The translations under genes and the position numbers were made by a program. Source: Chiloscyllium plagiosum (taxonomy: Eukaryota). From it: a stretch of DNA of 54,969 nt. The notes under the pieces were generated by a model. It was not told the DNA's origin and ran no database searches. It was given only the letters and a program-made list of their open reading frames with translations. This document shows, piece after piece, positions 23,101 to 33,570 of the stretch; position 1 is the first letter of the stretch; every line of letters begins with the position of its first letter. Location: contig NC_057750.1 of the NCBI RefSeq assembly GCF_004010195.1, forward strand, positions 5,967,400 through 6,022,368, in the 5' to 3' direction.

Positions 23101-23407
23101 CGTGGGAGGTGCCGATGTCAGACTGGGGTGGACAAAACCAGAGAGTCACACAACAGATTATAATCCAACAGGTTTTTTTTTAAATCACAAGCTTGCAAAG
23201 CACTGCTCCTTCATCAGGTAGAGTCAACGTTGGTGTCTAAAGCCTGTCATGGGGTGGCAACCAACTCTACTGATCATCACCTTGAACTGAGGCACGTCCC
23301 CCTTTGCTGCATTCAAAACACACACTAATAACAGTGGACTTACCTGACAAAGCTTGGTATATATTGTTCAAGGGTGGTGGGCCAACCTCAAACTGTTCAT
23401 CAGTCAT
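1925..23407 (-). CDS. PPP1R13L: iASPP / RelA-associated inhibitor, spliced CDS over 11 exons (939 codons in window; terminal exon missing)
   Basis: Exons 23407-23344, 19032-18896, 18446-17522, 15061-14963, 12870-12788, 8696-8324, 6237-5741, 4902-4765, 3271-3138, 2443-2277, 2124-1925 join in phase with no stop. Pro-rich N-terminus + ankyrin repeats + SH3. iASPP-type motifs RARLNPL, CNDxxIC, IFx[24 protein letters not shown]; no N-terminal ubiquitin-like/Ras-association domain as in ASPP1/2. Confidence 0.95.
2277..2443 (-). CDS. PPP1R13L: coding exon 10: ankyrin repeats ([41 protein letters not shown]...)
   Basis: Acceptor tctctgcttag|G, donor TTCA|gtgagt; 167 nt, phase 2 to 1. Confidence 0.96.
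3138..3271 (-). CDS. PPP1R13L: coding exon 9: ankyrin repeat ([45 protein letters not shown])
   Basis: Acceptor ctctttcag|ATG, donor GATG|gttagt; 134 nt, phase 0 to 2. Confidence 0.96.
3385..3930 (-). mobile_element. CR1 LINE 3' fragment
   Basis: [29 protein letters not shown]. Confidence 0.9.
4765..4902 (-). CDS. PPP1R13L: coding exon 8: SILK/RARL region and first ankyrin repeat ([46 protein letters not shown])
   Basis: Not in the ORF track; translated by hand. Acceptor ttttttctag|GTG, donor GAG|gtgaat; 138 nt, phase 0 to 0. Confidence 0.95.
5110..5432. repeat. degenerate tandem array of a 60-70 bp unit (CAGAGTAAAGCTCCCTCTACACTGTCCCCATCAAACACTCCCAGGACAGGG)
   Basis: tctacactgtcc-atcaaacact recurs at about 5201, 5275 and 5363. 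Confidence 0.8.
5741..6237 (-). CDS. PPP1R13L: coding exon 7: Pro-rich region ([30 protein letters not shown])
   Basis: Part of ORF 5636..6277; acceptor ctctttgtcacag|TT, donor CCC|gtaagt; 497 nt, phase 1 to 0; ASPP-family motifs. Confidence 0.93.
6372..6710 (+). mobile_element. HE1-type tRNA-derived SINE
   Basis: A box TGGCTCAGTGG, B box GGTTCGATTCC, core GGTTTCCTCCCACAGTCCA, CR1-like tail. Confidence 0.88.
7480..8150 (-). mobile_element. CR1 LINE 3' fragment
   Basis: [30 protein letters not shown]. Confidence 0.9.
8324..8696 (-). CDS. PPP1R13L: coding exon 6 ([21 protein letters not shown]...[13 protein letters not shown]...[10 protein letters not shown]...QPVAE)
   Basis: Acceptor ctctctaccccctag|ACT, donor GAAG|gtgagt; 373 nt, phase 0 to 1, open throughout; PLS-hydrophobic motif resembles human iASPP PIPLSMIF. 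Confidence 0.88.
9575..9925 (+). mobile_element. second tRNA-derived SINE family with GGCAATTAGGGATGGG-AATAAATGCTG tail
   Basis: tRNA-like head GGCCTAGTGG...GGGTTTGAAT; the same body recurs at 19222-19578 (minus) and in several partial copies; tail shared with the LINE at 10800-12065. Confidence 0.75.
10800..12065 (+). mobile_element. CR1/L2-group LINE 3' fragment, interrupted by Penelope-like insertions at about 11282-11805
   Basis: Colinear with the uninterrupted copy at 28575-29370 (ACACTCAAGAAGCTTGACACCATCCAGG...). Confidence 0.8.
11282..11805. mobile_element. Penelope-like element remnant with inverted arms and a nested second Penelope-like fragment (11461-11583)
   Basis: Arms about 11282-11458 and 11594-11769 are reverse complements; hammerhead-like motifs in both arms and in the insert. 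Confidence 0.75.
12788..12870 (-). CDS. PPP1R13L: coding exon 5 ([27 protein letters not shown])
   Basis: Acceptor gtcactgcag|AG, donor AAG|gtgagt; 83 nt, phase 1 to 0, which is exactly what is needed to bridge the flanking exons. Confidence 0.85.
12915..13720 (+). mobile_element. Penelope-like element 3' fragment (GIY-YIG endonuclease C-terminus plus terminal repeat), split by a SINE
   Basis: Removing the SINE gives [36 protein letters not shown], matching the RxxxEQxxIxxLxTLxPxGLN pattern of Penelope-like endonucleases. Confidence 0.8.
12980..13305 (-). mobile_element. full-length young HE1-type SINE
   Basis: Head GGCGGCACGGTGGCACAGTGG, B box, (TAATC)n tail, flanking direct repeat CAAGTT (12974-12979 and 13306-13311). 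Confidence 0.92.
14585..14900 (-). mobile_element. HE1-type SINE
   Basis: Same head, core and tail as 12980-13305, more diverged. Confidence 0.85.
14963..15061 (-). CDS. PPP1R13L: coding exon 4 ([32 protein letters not shown])
   Basis: Acceptor cattcacag|AT, donor ACCA|gtaagt; 99 nt, phase 1 to 1; resembles human iASPP [23 protein letters not shown] (recalled). Confidence 0.93.
15150..17420 (-). mobile_element. cluster of nested CR1 LINE fragments with a small Penelope-like insert at about 17057-17150
   Basis: Peptides [21 protein letters not shown] and [18 protein letters not shown]; repeated CR1 tails. Confidence 0.8.
17522..18446 (-). CDS. PPP1R13L: coding exon 3: large Ser/Pro-rich exon containing a 25-aa tandem repeat
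   Basis: ORF 17508..18425 extended to acceptor tttaaacatttcag|ACC; donor AAAG|gtgaag; 925 nt, phase 0 to 1. Confidence 0.92.
17847..18239 (-). repeat. coding minisatellite, 75-bp unit, 5 full copies plus 18 bp
   Basis: Units start at 18239, 18164, 18089, 18014, 17939, 17864; consensus peptide [25 protein letters not shown]. Confidence 0.97.
18896..19032 (-). CDS. PPP1R13L: coding exon 2: helical/coiled-coil-like segment ([29 protein letters not shown]...)
   Basis: Acceptor agacag|GC (an in-frame alternative start at 19044 exists), donor AAG|gtatca; 137 nt, phase 1 to 0; aligns with human [21 protein letters not shown]. Confidence 0.88.
19222..19578 (-). mobile_element. second-family tRNA-derived SINE
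   Basis: Reverse complement of the element at 9575-9925. Confidence 0.75.
19948..20185. mobile_element. Penelope-like terminal-repeat fragment forming a perfect 58-bp inverted repeat
   Basis: 19948-20005 is the exact reverse complement of 20075-20132. Confidence 0.85.
20343..21243 (+). mobile_element. young CR1 LINE, RT C-terminal part and 3' end, containing an assembly gap
   Basis: [28 protein letters not shown] reverse-transcriptase motifs; premature stop at 20632-20634. Confidence 0.95.
20854..20902. other. assembly gap (49 N)
   Basis: Run of N. Confidence 0.99.
22250..22465. mobile_element. Penelope-like terminal-repeat fragment, inverted pair
   Basis: Arms about 22250-22328 and 22357-22435; hammerhead-like core on the minus strand at 22316-22343. 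Confidence 0.75.
23344..23407 (-). CDS. PPP1R13L: coding exon 1, coding part ([21 protein letters not shown]); whole exon 23344-23465
   Basis: AAAAGG-ATG with A at -3; donor CAG|gtaagt in phase 1; acceptor gcaattttag|G at 23465; gapless similarity to human [21 protein letters not shown]. Confidence 0.85.
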
Positions 23408-23854
23408 CCTTTTGTGTGTGTAAGCTGCGCTGCTGGGACACAGCTGATCCAGTAATACGGAGACCCTAAAATTGCAAGCAGAAACACAAATGACACACAT
23501 TCCTGCAAAGTGCTTAAGAGATTCTGTGGCATGATAGGTAATGTCCCCACCTCTGAGCCAGGAGTGCTGGGTACGAGGCTCACTCCAGTACATGAAGGCC
23601 AAAGGAGAGCTCATAAAACATGACCAAACAGTTCAAGTGTCAACTTGCATATCTGTGAGACCCCTACCACTGTCCATTGCTCCAGAATACAACATGTCTG
23701 TATGTTGCTCGACTTCTCACCTCATGAACAGTAGTCCAGCACCACATGATTCTCGAGTGAAACACACTCAGCACTGGAGTACTCCCAATGTTGAACATTT
23801 CAGCCACAGCTTTGTAGATTGTACTCTCATCCTCGTGTCAGACATTTCATAACA

Positions 23855-24172
23855 GAATCCCTACAGTACGGAAACAGGCCCTTCACCCAACATGTCCACA
23901 CCAACTCTCCAAAGGAGTAACCCACCAAGAACCATTCCTCCTAGCCTAGATTTATCCCTGACTAATATACGTAACCTATACATTCCTGAATGGTATGGGC
24001 AATTTACCCTAATCTGCACATCTTTGGATTGTGGGAAGAAACCGGAGCATCCAGAGGAAACCCACGCAGACACAAGGAGAACGTGCAAACTCCACACAGA
24101 CAGTTGCCCAAGGGTGGAATTGAACCCGGGTCCCTGGTGCTGTTAGGTAGCAGTGCTAACCACTGTGCCACC
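23855..24172 (-). mobile_element. HE1-type SINE
   Basis: Head, core and tail recognisable. Confidence 0.88.
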
Positions 24173-24277
24173 CCAAAACCCGCTGTGGACGCAAAAGTAC
24201 ATAATTCAGGCTGACAGTGCAGAGAGAGGGGTAGAGGTGGAGGGAGGAAAAGAAGGAGAGAGAATGTTCTTTAATAT

Positions 24278-24566
24278 AGAATCATAGAAACTCTACAATG
24301 TGGAAGCAGGTCATTTGGGCCACCAAGTGCACACTGACCCTCCTAATGGCATACCACCCAAACCCATCTCACCCTAACCCTGCATTTCCCATGGCCAATC
24401 CATCCTGACCTGCACACCTTTGGACTGTGAGAGGAAATCGGAGCATCTGGGGGACACCCACACAGACATGGGGAGAACGTGCAAACTCCAAACAGACAGT
24501 TACCCAATCTAGAATCGAATCCGGGTCCCTGGCACTGTGAGACAGCAGTGCTAACCACTGAGCCAT
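24278..24566 (-). mobile_element. HE1-type SINE
   Basis: Head, core and tail recognisable. Confidence 0.85.
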
Positions 24567-25030
24567 TGTGTTTATAGCCTGGGCCAATATTTGTACTTCC
24601 ACAACCAGTGCAAACAAATTGGCTTGTGAGTAGCAGCATCCAGCTGTCTGTGGGATCTTGCCATGCATGAACGATCTGTGGCATTTCTTAGAGTACCAAT
24701 AACAGGCTACGCCACAATAAAGAGAGTCAAAATAAAGTGCTCCGTGATGCCCTTGCTGCCAAGAAAATAATTCTCTCCCAGGATGTCTGCTCTAAAACAA
24801 CTATTCACCATCTAAATAAGGGCCTGGGGCAGACTCTTCAACACCAGACATAATCGAAGGAAAAAGAAAACAACAGTAAAATCAAACCTCTGGCATCAGA
24901 AGGGATTTGGACAAGAGCCATGCACCCAAAAAAACAACACATACTTGCTGACAACCACCTTTAGATCAGGAACTGCGCTGTTAAGGTTTTTTGACAACTA
25001 TAAGCACACAAGGAATCTGCTACGACTTAC

Positions 25031-25302
25031 AACATGGAGAGTCTTGTAAACTGACAGGAAATATCTGTGTTGAATCTGTTATTAAGCACGCTCAATCGAC
25101 TCTTCAACCGGTGACTCGGACAAGACTCAGCGTCTGCAGACAGGGAGCTGCTTGTAGCTGAAGGATGAACCTCACTGAAATGAAGCTGCTTGTGAAAGGA
25201 GCTGTATATCTCACTGGATGAGCACACCCAGTGTTCCCTGGTTATGGTTGAGTCAGCCAATGTTCTAGGTGGAGATGCCACACCCAACGTTCCTGCTGAT
25301 TG
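25031..25302 (-). other. candidate upstream (5' leader) exon of PPP1R13L
   Basis: Acceptor ctctctctttgcgcacgtccag|C, donor TGTT|gtaagt; non-repetitive; open in the iASPP frame. Confidence 0.5.
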
Positions 25303-25380
25303 CTGGACGTGCGCAAAGAGAGAGAGGGGTGTAGGCACTTGCCCTACTATTTCACAATGCCCCAGTTCTAGGACAGTCAA

Positions 25381-25800
25381 CAAAAAATGTTGGCGATCAC
25401 AGCAGATCAGGCCGTATCCGTGGAGACAGGGAGCAAGCTATAGTTTCGAGTCTCAAATGACTCTTCATCAGAGCTGACGTGACTTGTGAAGGGGCAGCAT
25501 TTACGCAATAGTTGCTGGGGGAGAAAGAGTCTTGATAGTTCGAATTAAGTGATTGGAATGTGGGGATGGCAGAACAATGGTGTGTTTAACTGCCAATCTT
25601 GAAAGAACAGACAATCCTACTGGGATGGGAGGAGGAGAGAGAGGACATAGCGACAGAGAATACATTCCCTCCACACTTCATGTCAGCTCTTAAGAGTCAT
25701 CGTTAGCTTGCTGTCTCTTCATGGATACTGCCTGACCTGCTGTGATCTCCAGCATTTTTTTTTCAGCACAGATTCCAGCAATGGCAGTAATTTGCTTTTC
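25381..25800. mobile_element. Penelope-like remnant with inverted ends
   Basis: About 25381-25480 pairs with about 25680-25765; hammerhead-like motif on the minus strand at 25436-25475. Confidence 0.65.
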
Positions 25801-26880
25801 CAAGATAGATAAGCTGAGAGGTCTTGACAACGCATAGTGCAGTGGCTTTGTTTGACTTACTTGAGGGTGTGAAGCCAAGTGAGCCTCCTCATTTGCTGAG
25901 CTGAAGATGATTACAGCACCACTCTTCGGGAATGTGAAGCATCGTTTTTCTCTTCACAAGTATGACGAGTTTTTAAAACAGAGGGCACAAGACTAAGGGT
26001 TGGCCACACTTGTGCCCTGGCTTGTCCTGGGTTGGATTAGCTAGGACCACTCCAACTATGGTACAGTAAACTTCATTTTAACCAGCACCTATCAAATGGC
26101 AAATACCGCAATGTAAATAAAGTATAAGCCCCTGTATAGATTTCTTCTACTTGCTGTGTGCTTTTACATTGACTTGAGGTGGTGTGTTGATGTTTTTACA
26201 TAGTTTTTTGAGAGATGTTGATATCTCAAATTTTTGCTTGGTCAGGTTTGACTGCAGTTATGCGGACCTTTTGATTATCCAGAATATTTGACCAACCAGC
26301 ACATGTTTGGTTCCATTTGCTGTAATTCAAAGGCTGCCGTTTGATCGGGTTTGTCCCAAGTACACAATCCCTCCATCACTAACACACAGTAGCAACAGCG
26401 TGTACCGTCTGCAAGACGTACTGTAGAAATTCACCAAGACTCCTTAGACTGAACTTTCCAAACCCATGACCACATCCACTTGGAAGGACAAGGGCATCCC
26501 ACCTGCTCTCCAGTCATCATCCTGACCTGGTCCGTCAGTGTTGCTCAAGGAGACAGCTCACTAGCACTTTCTCAAGGGCCAATTAGAGATGAGCAATAAA
26601 TGCTGGTTCAATCAGCAATCCTAGGAGTGAATTTTTAAAACAAAGAATGTGGAAGGGTGTCAAGGTCAGCAATGTGGTGGCGGCAATGCTTCACACAGAG
26701 CCAGCAACTGAGCTGCCAGAAGAAGTGACGGAGGCCGGTACAATTACAACATTTAAATGGTATCTGGATGGGTATATGAATTGGAAGGGTTGAGAGAGAT
26801 ATGGGCCAAATGCTGGCAAATGGGACTGGATTAATTTAGGGTATGTGGTCGGCATGGACAAGTTGAACCGAAAGATTTTG

Positions 26881-27238
26881 ATGAGATTAGATTCCCTATA
26901 GTATGGAAACAGGCCCTTTGGCCCAACAAGTCCACACCGATCCTCCAAAGAGAAACCCACCCACACCCATTATCCTACCCTATATTTACCCCTAACTAAT
27001 GCATCTAACACGATGGGCAATTTAGCATGGCCAATCCACCCTGAACTGCGCATCTTTGGACTGTGGCAGGAAACCGGAGCACCTGAAGGAAACCCACGCA
27101 GACACGGGGAGAATGTGCAAACTCCACACAGACAGTCACCTGAGGCAGGAATCGAACCCGGGTCCCTGGCGCCATGAGGCAGGAATCGAACCCGGGTCCC
27201 TGGCGCCGTGAGACAGCAATGCTAACCACTGTGCCACC
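26881..27238 (-). mobile_element. HE1-type SINE with a 34-bp internal tandem duplication
   Basis: TGAGGCAGGAATCGAACCCGGGTCCCTGGCGCC at 27141 and 27175. Confidence 0.9.
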
Positions 27239-28574
27239 CAAAGTTGTTCCTTAGATCCTTTTTAAATTTTTCCCCTCTCACCCTAAACCTATACTGCCTA
27301 CTTCTGGAATGTCCTTCCCTAAAGAGCAATAGTGAACCAGATGGGTTTTGCCAACAATGGATTAATGGTCATCATTTGATTCTTAAATCTAGATTTTTTT
27401 AAAAATTGAATTCAACTTTCACCATCTGACAGGGTCTGTTTCCGTGCTGTATATCTAACACTCTAAAAAGATATAACTGAAAGAGTCCATTGTCATCCCG
27501 CTCCTTCCACCATGAGTCCTGCACTGGCTCACCACTCTAGGTGCCATCTCTTCATTGCTGGGCCTGCCTTGCTGACTTTGGTTCCCGTACCAAACCCACA
27601 CTCTCCCCACTGCCGTGCCAATAACCAGGAAACTCCAGCTCTGGGCCTAACACAATCAGGAGTCCCCACTCCACGACTTCGGCGACTAGGTGTCCCCAGC
27701 TCCACAGCCAGGACCGGCCCCTGCCTCACCAGAAGTCCCACTCTGGCCGCCCTCCCCCGCGATGTCACCTTCTTCACCACCGCAGACGGGAAGGAAAAAG
27801 GAGGAAAAAAAAGGAAAGCGGCAGCTGTGGAGTGGATGGGCCCAGGACCCCTACATTGCCAGCGCCTCCATCGTGTGCCTGACCCAGGAATCTCTCATAC
27901 TTGTCACCTGCATTAGGGAACATCAGGAGAGATTTGCAAATTGATAACTCAGCCTATTTGGCTGCATCTTGGAAGTTCCTTCCTCAACCAAAGTCCTGGA
28001 GAGGAACTCAAACCTGAAGCTTCTGGGTCAGAGACAGGGACACTACCCACTGCGCCATTAGTCCTCCACTGCCTAAATTAGCAATTGAACAAGCTGCTAC
28101 TGGTTAGAATCCCATTCAAGCAAATCTCACTTCACTTGGCAGAGACTGAGAACCACACAGCCATGAGTAATTCAATAAACATGCCACTGAAAGATTTACA
28201 TTCCGTTTATGAAGGCAACAGCATCAGAACTTGGAGTTACATTCCTATTAACTTTCCCACCCCAATTCAGCTCTCAATTTCACAACTTTGAAGTTAATTT
28301 ATCTGTCACTAACTTTGCTAACAAAGATTTCTAACACACTAGAGGGAGTGGCATTTAGCCACAGGCACAATCTGCTCAAATGGCAATGCTCAATTCTCAG
28401 GTTCTCTTCCATTTCATCTTCTGACAAGACTGTTCATGAATGAGCATTAAGGCAGGCACTCAAGATTTCATAAACTGACATCACTTTGGAACAAAAGTTC
28501 ACAACTTTCTTTTTGCTTCAGAAGCTTCCACCCCTCCCCCCATGTTGAATTTGTAACACACAAGGCACCGAGTC

Positions 28575-29370
28575 AGACAATGCTCAGGTACAGCAAGACC
28601 AGGATAATACAGAGGCTAGGATTGAAGTGTCAATGGACAACCTCAACACACAAGGACCAGACCATTTCCAACAAGAGAGAATCTAATCATCTTCCTCTGA
28701 TGGTCAATGACATCACTAGCCATCACCAAATCCCCCATCAGCAACACCCAGAAGTCTCCATCGATTAGACAGCCAAACTGCGTATACACTGCAGCTCTAA
28801 GAGAAGGCCAGAGGTTAGGAATATTAAGTAACTCACCTCCTGACTCCCCAAAACCTGACCACCATTGACAAGGCACAGGTCAGGATTGTAATGAGTCACA
28901 ACCTGGATGAGTGCAACTCCAACAACACTCAAGAAGTTCAACATCATCCAGGACAAAGAAGCCCACTTGACTGGCACCACATCCACTCCCTCCACCACTG
29001 ACAGTCAGCAGCAGCAATGCATACCATCTACAAGACACACGGCAGCAATATGTCGAGGCTGCTTTGATAGCACCATCCAAATCCACAACCATTACCATCT
29101 CGAAGGACAAAGGGCAGCAGATACATGGGAACACCACCAAGGTGCAAGCCCCTCTCCAAGCCAATCATCATCCTGATTTAGAAAAATATTGCTGTCCCCT
29201 CACCTTGGTCAAAATTGAGGAGTGCCTTCGCCAACAGCATTGTGGGTATCCCTACAGCCAAAGAACTGCAGTGGTTCAAGACAGCAGCTCATTACTACCA
29301 CCTTCTTCAGAGTAATTATAGATGGCCGATAACTAATGGCCTTGCCAGCAATGCTCTCATCCCATAAAAT
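28575..29370 (+). mobile_element. CR1/L2-group LINE 3' fragment
   Basis: MSATPTTLKKFNIIQDKEAHL peptide; same family as 10800-12065. Confidence 0.8.
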
Positions 29371-29574
29371 AATTTTTAAAAATTAAAAGTTACAATTCTA
29401 CATAAATTTACATTGACCTTTATTTCAACTTATTAATATAGTGAAGTCTGAATCAGTTCACACATCAATGGAGTAGAACATCCCAACTTATTTGATTGAA
29501 CTCTTGATTCAAGATGTCAAGATTCAATTTGATATTATATCTTGTTAATTGTATGATTCAGCGAAACAGATTTT

Positions 29575-29900
29575 AGAATCCCTACAGTGTGGAAACAGGC
29601 CCTTCAGCCCAAAAACTCCACACTGACTCTCTGAAGAGTAATCTACCCAGACCCATTCCCCCTACCCTATATTGACTCCTGAATAATGCACTTAACCTAC
29701 ACATCCCTGAACACAATGGGCAATTTAGTACAGCCAATTCACCCTGACCTGCACATTTTTGAACTGTGGGAGGAAACTGGAGCACCCGGAGGAAACCCAG
29801 GCAGACACTGGGGGATCGTGCAAACTCCACACAGACAATCACCCGAGGCTGGAATCGAACCCGGGTCCCTGGTGCAGTGAGGCAGCAGTGCTAGCCACTC
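29575..29900 (-). mobile_element. HE1-type SINE
   Basis: Head, core and tail recognisable. Confidence 0.88.
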
Positions 29901-31987
29901 AATAGGTATCAATTCTCCTTCAGTACATACAAATAGAATTCAACAGGTCATGCTCTCCATGGAGGGGGAAATACATGATCGCCATTGTAAACTTGAAGTC
30001 TTCCACAACCAGTGGGCACCACAGGGACTGGAGTGCATAGAGTCAGAGTTATAGAGGTGTATAGCACGGAAACAGACCTTTTAGTCCAACTCACCCATGC
30101 CCAACCAGATTTGCCAAATTAATCTAGTCCCATTTGCCAGAATTTAGTCCATCTCCTTCTAAACCCTTCCTATTCATATACCCACCCAGATGCCTTTTTA
30201 AATGCTGGAATTGTACCAGACTCCACCACTTCCTCTAGCAGCTCAGTTCACATGCACACCACCCGTGGCATGAAAAAATTGCCCCTTAGGTCCCTTTTAA
30301 ATCTTTCCTCTCACCTTAAGCCTATGCATAATCAACTCCAGACTGAGAATCTTAACCCGATTAACTACATCTCCCTTAAAGATTTATTTTTGTTACAGTG
30401 TACCTTTTAAGGCATTGCCAATTAGTTAATTTGCCCATTTGATTCTCGTTTACTCAAAAATGTAAATAGGAGACTTAAAGGGGCTCTTGTAATGTCCCTA
30501 CCTCTGAACCAGGAGGTCTAATCCCATTCTATCTCAGAGATTTATGATACATCTCCAAACAGGTTGATTAGAAAATAGAAAAAGTGTTTTAAAAATATGG
30601 GAGATTAAGGGTTCTGTGGTGAAGTAGTACTGTCTCTATCTCAGGGACAGAAGGCAAGTTCCACCTGCTCCAGTGGTACACCATTACATTTCCCAACAGA
30701 AGACTGCTGGGATCACTGGGGTTGTACGAGAGCTGTTGGACTTACAAAGTCAATAAACTCTCCACAAAGCAAAGTTGCACATCTTAGTTCCTGCTTCAGT
30801 AGTCAGTCTAGATTCCAGTAGTAGACTAATCAGTGTGTGTAATATCATATTCCAATTTCTTTCAAAATTTGGGTTTCTTCACTCCCGAAAAGATTGACCC
30901 TCCATCCTGCTGAAAGCACGAAATTGGAGACTTTTCTTCAGCCGAACCCAGGTCATAAGCAGATAGCTAACCAGGGTTCACCCATTTTCCACTCATGTCC
31001 GGGCTGACATCTGACATATACATCCCACAAGTTAAGAAAACAAAATGGAATTACAATATTATATTACATAATTGCCAAGTTGACAATTTGGTTAATTATA
31101 ATTCCATGGTGAAGCTGTAACAAGTCCCATCATGACAAGTGACACATTTCCACATAGAGACTGGAGTCATAAATACTTGGAAAAATCTGAGCTTCTATTC
31201 AGTAGCTGTGACTACCCAGCAACACAGGTTGAGTTCTTGCCAATCAACATAAAAATGATTTTTTTTTTAAAAAAGTGAACAAGCGCAAGACTTAACAACC
31301 CCCTCACACTTACCCTTCAGATACACAAGTAACTGACTGATACATTCTGATCAAATTCCACACTGCGTCACCCAATTTCTAAATCTTTTATTGGTATGTA
31401 GGTGCCACTGGGCAAGGGGAGTAACTGTTTCCTGTCCCTAACTGCCCTTGAACTGCATGGCCCATGGGGAGCCATCTATGAGGGCAACTCAGAGTCAACC
31501 ACATTGCTGCGGGTCTGCAGTCACATGTAAACCAGACCAGATAAGGACTGCAGATTTCCTTCCCTAATGGACGGTAGAAAGATAGAAGATATGATCATGC
31601 GTAGGTCATTCAACCTCTCAAGCCTGCTCTGCCATTCATCATCTTGGCTGATCATCAAAATGAACAGCCTAATCTCACCCTTTCCCACCCCCTCATAGTG
31701 AAGCAGACTTTTTTTTAAAAGAACTATTGATGATAGTGTCATGGTAACCATCACGAAGGCTTTCCCTGATTTTTCTTAAATTGTATACATTCACTGAATT
31801 TAAATTCCACCAGAATCTGTGGTGGGATTTGAACCCATGTGCCAGAGCACTTGCATGGGATGCTGAATTATTAGTCCAGTGGCATTAACACAATACCACA
31901 CAATCTTCAATTCAGGTTTAATTGCTGATGAACCCATTTCCTTTTTTCTAATCTTTGTCTGACTCCTCCTTGTTGACTCCCCTTCTT

Positions 31988-32019
31988 TCCTGAAGAAGGG
32001 CTTATGCCCGAAACGTCGA
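31988..32019 (+). ncRNA. minimal hammerhead ribozyme motif in a Penelope-like fragment (about 31985-32077)
   Basis: CTGAAGA-A-GGGC-TTAT-GCCC-GAAAC-GTC: CUGANGA, stem II, GAAA, palindromic ACGU stem III, GUC triplet; stem I only 2 bp. Confidence 0.65.
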
Positions 32020-33049
32020 TTCTCCTGTTCCCTGGATGCTGCCTGACCTGCTGCGCTGTTCCAGCAACACATTTTCAGATCCTCCTTGTTGACCCCCAGG
32101 TGAACATCTCTGACACTCAGGGTCTTCTCTTCCCACTAACTCCCTCCACCCCACCCCTCCCCTACCCTGGGAGGGATTCTGAAGGGAGAGCTGGTGAGGG
32201 GATGGCAGTAGAGAGAGAGAGAGAGAGAGAGGTCCATGGTCAGGTGGAACCAGATCCTGAACATAATGAAAATCCCTTCATTCAGTTTGCCAAGGACAGG
32301 TTAATATACCAGTCTACACATAACTGTCCATTCAATAGTGTTCCCACTGCTGTCTTCCCCAACTGTTAAAATCTGGGGGTCACCAGTGACCAGAAACTGA
32401 GCTGGACTAGCTACATAAATATGTGGCTACGACACGAGGTCAGAGGCTAAGAATCTTGCAAGTAATTCTCCTCAGGGCCTGTCCACCATCTACAAGGCAC
32501 AAGTCAGGAGTGTGTTGACATACGCCCCACTTGCCCAGGATGAGTGCAGCTCCAACAACACAAGCAGCTCGATATTGTTCACAACACAGCAGCCCATCCA
32601 CCACTCCCTTCACTTCCGATGCACAATGGAAGCAGCTTACAAGATTTAATGTAGCATCTCGCCAAAGGTACTTTGACAGCACCTTCCAAACCCACAACTC
32701 TATGACCAAAAACCCTGGAACTCTCTCACTAAAGGCAATCTTTTTCCTATTCTTTTAATGCATTTGTGATGATCAATCCTCTGATATATCATCTAATATT
32801 GACTACTGCAATAAAAATTATCCCACCAATCATGAATCCTCATTTATGCTGAATACAAACTAGAACCCACTGTCTACTAAAATAAAGTACAGGCTTCATT
32901 AATATAGCACCTTTCATTCCACCACACAATATAGATCTCTCTCTGTACTCTGCAACTAATTAAATACCTTTTGGAGTACCGTCACTGTTATAATTTAGGA
33001 TTTGTGACAGCCAATTTGCACACAGCTAGCTCCTACAGATCATAATGTG

Positions 33050-33570
33050 CCACTTTTGGAATACTGCATTCAATCTGCTCCACCTGTGAGAGGATGTTGT
33101 GAAACTTGGAAGGGTTCAGAAAATATTTACAACGATGTTGCCAGGGTTGGAGGGATTGAGCTATAGGGAGAGGCTGAATAGGCTGGGGCTATTTTCACTG
33201 GAGCATTGGAGACTGAGGGGTGACCTTATAGAATCATGAGGGGCATGGTTAGGGTAAATAGCCAAGGTCTTTTCCCCAGGGTGGGGGAATCCAAAACTAG
33301 AGGACATAGGTCTAAGGTGAAAGGGGCAAGATTTAAAAGGAACCTAATAGGCAACTTTTCATACAGAGAGTGGTGAGTGTATGGAACGAGCTGCCAGAGA
33401 TGATGATGGAAGCTGGAACAACTACAACATTTAAAAGGCATCTGGATGGGTACATGAATAAAGGGGGTTTGGAGGGATATGGATCTAGGTTAATTTAGGA
33501 TATCTGGTTGGCACAGATGAGTTAGACCAAAGGGTCTGTTTCTGTGCTGTACATCTATAACACTATGATG
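33050..33570 (+). mobile_element. CR1 LINE 3' fragment
   Basis: Same sequence family as 20343-21243. Confidence 0.88.

Noticed and set aside
25855..25960. Consensus donor CAA|gtaagt at 25861 as another leader exon
   Set aside because: No clear acceptor or start site could be assigned from sequence alone.
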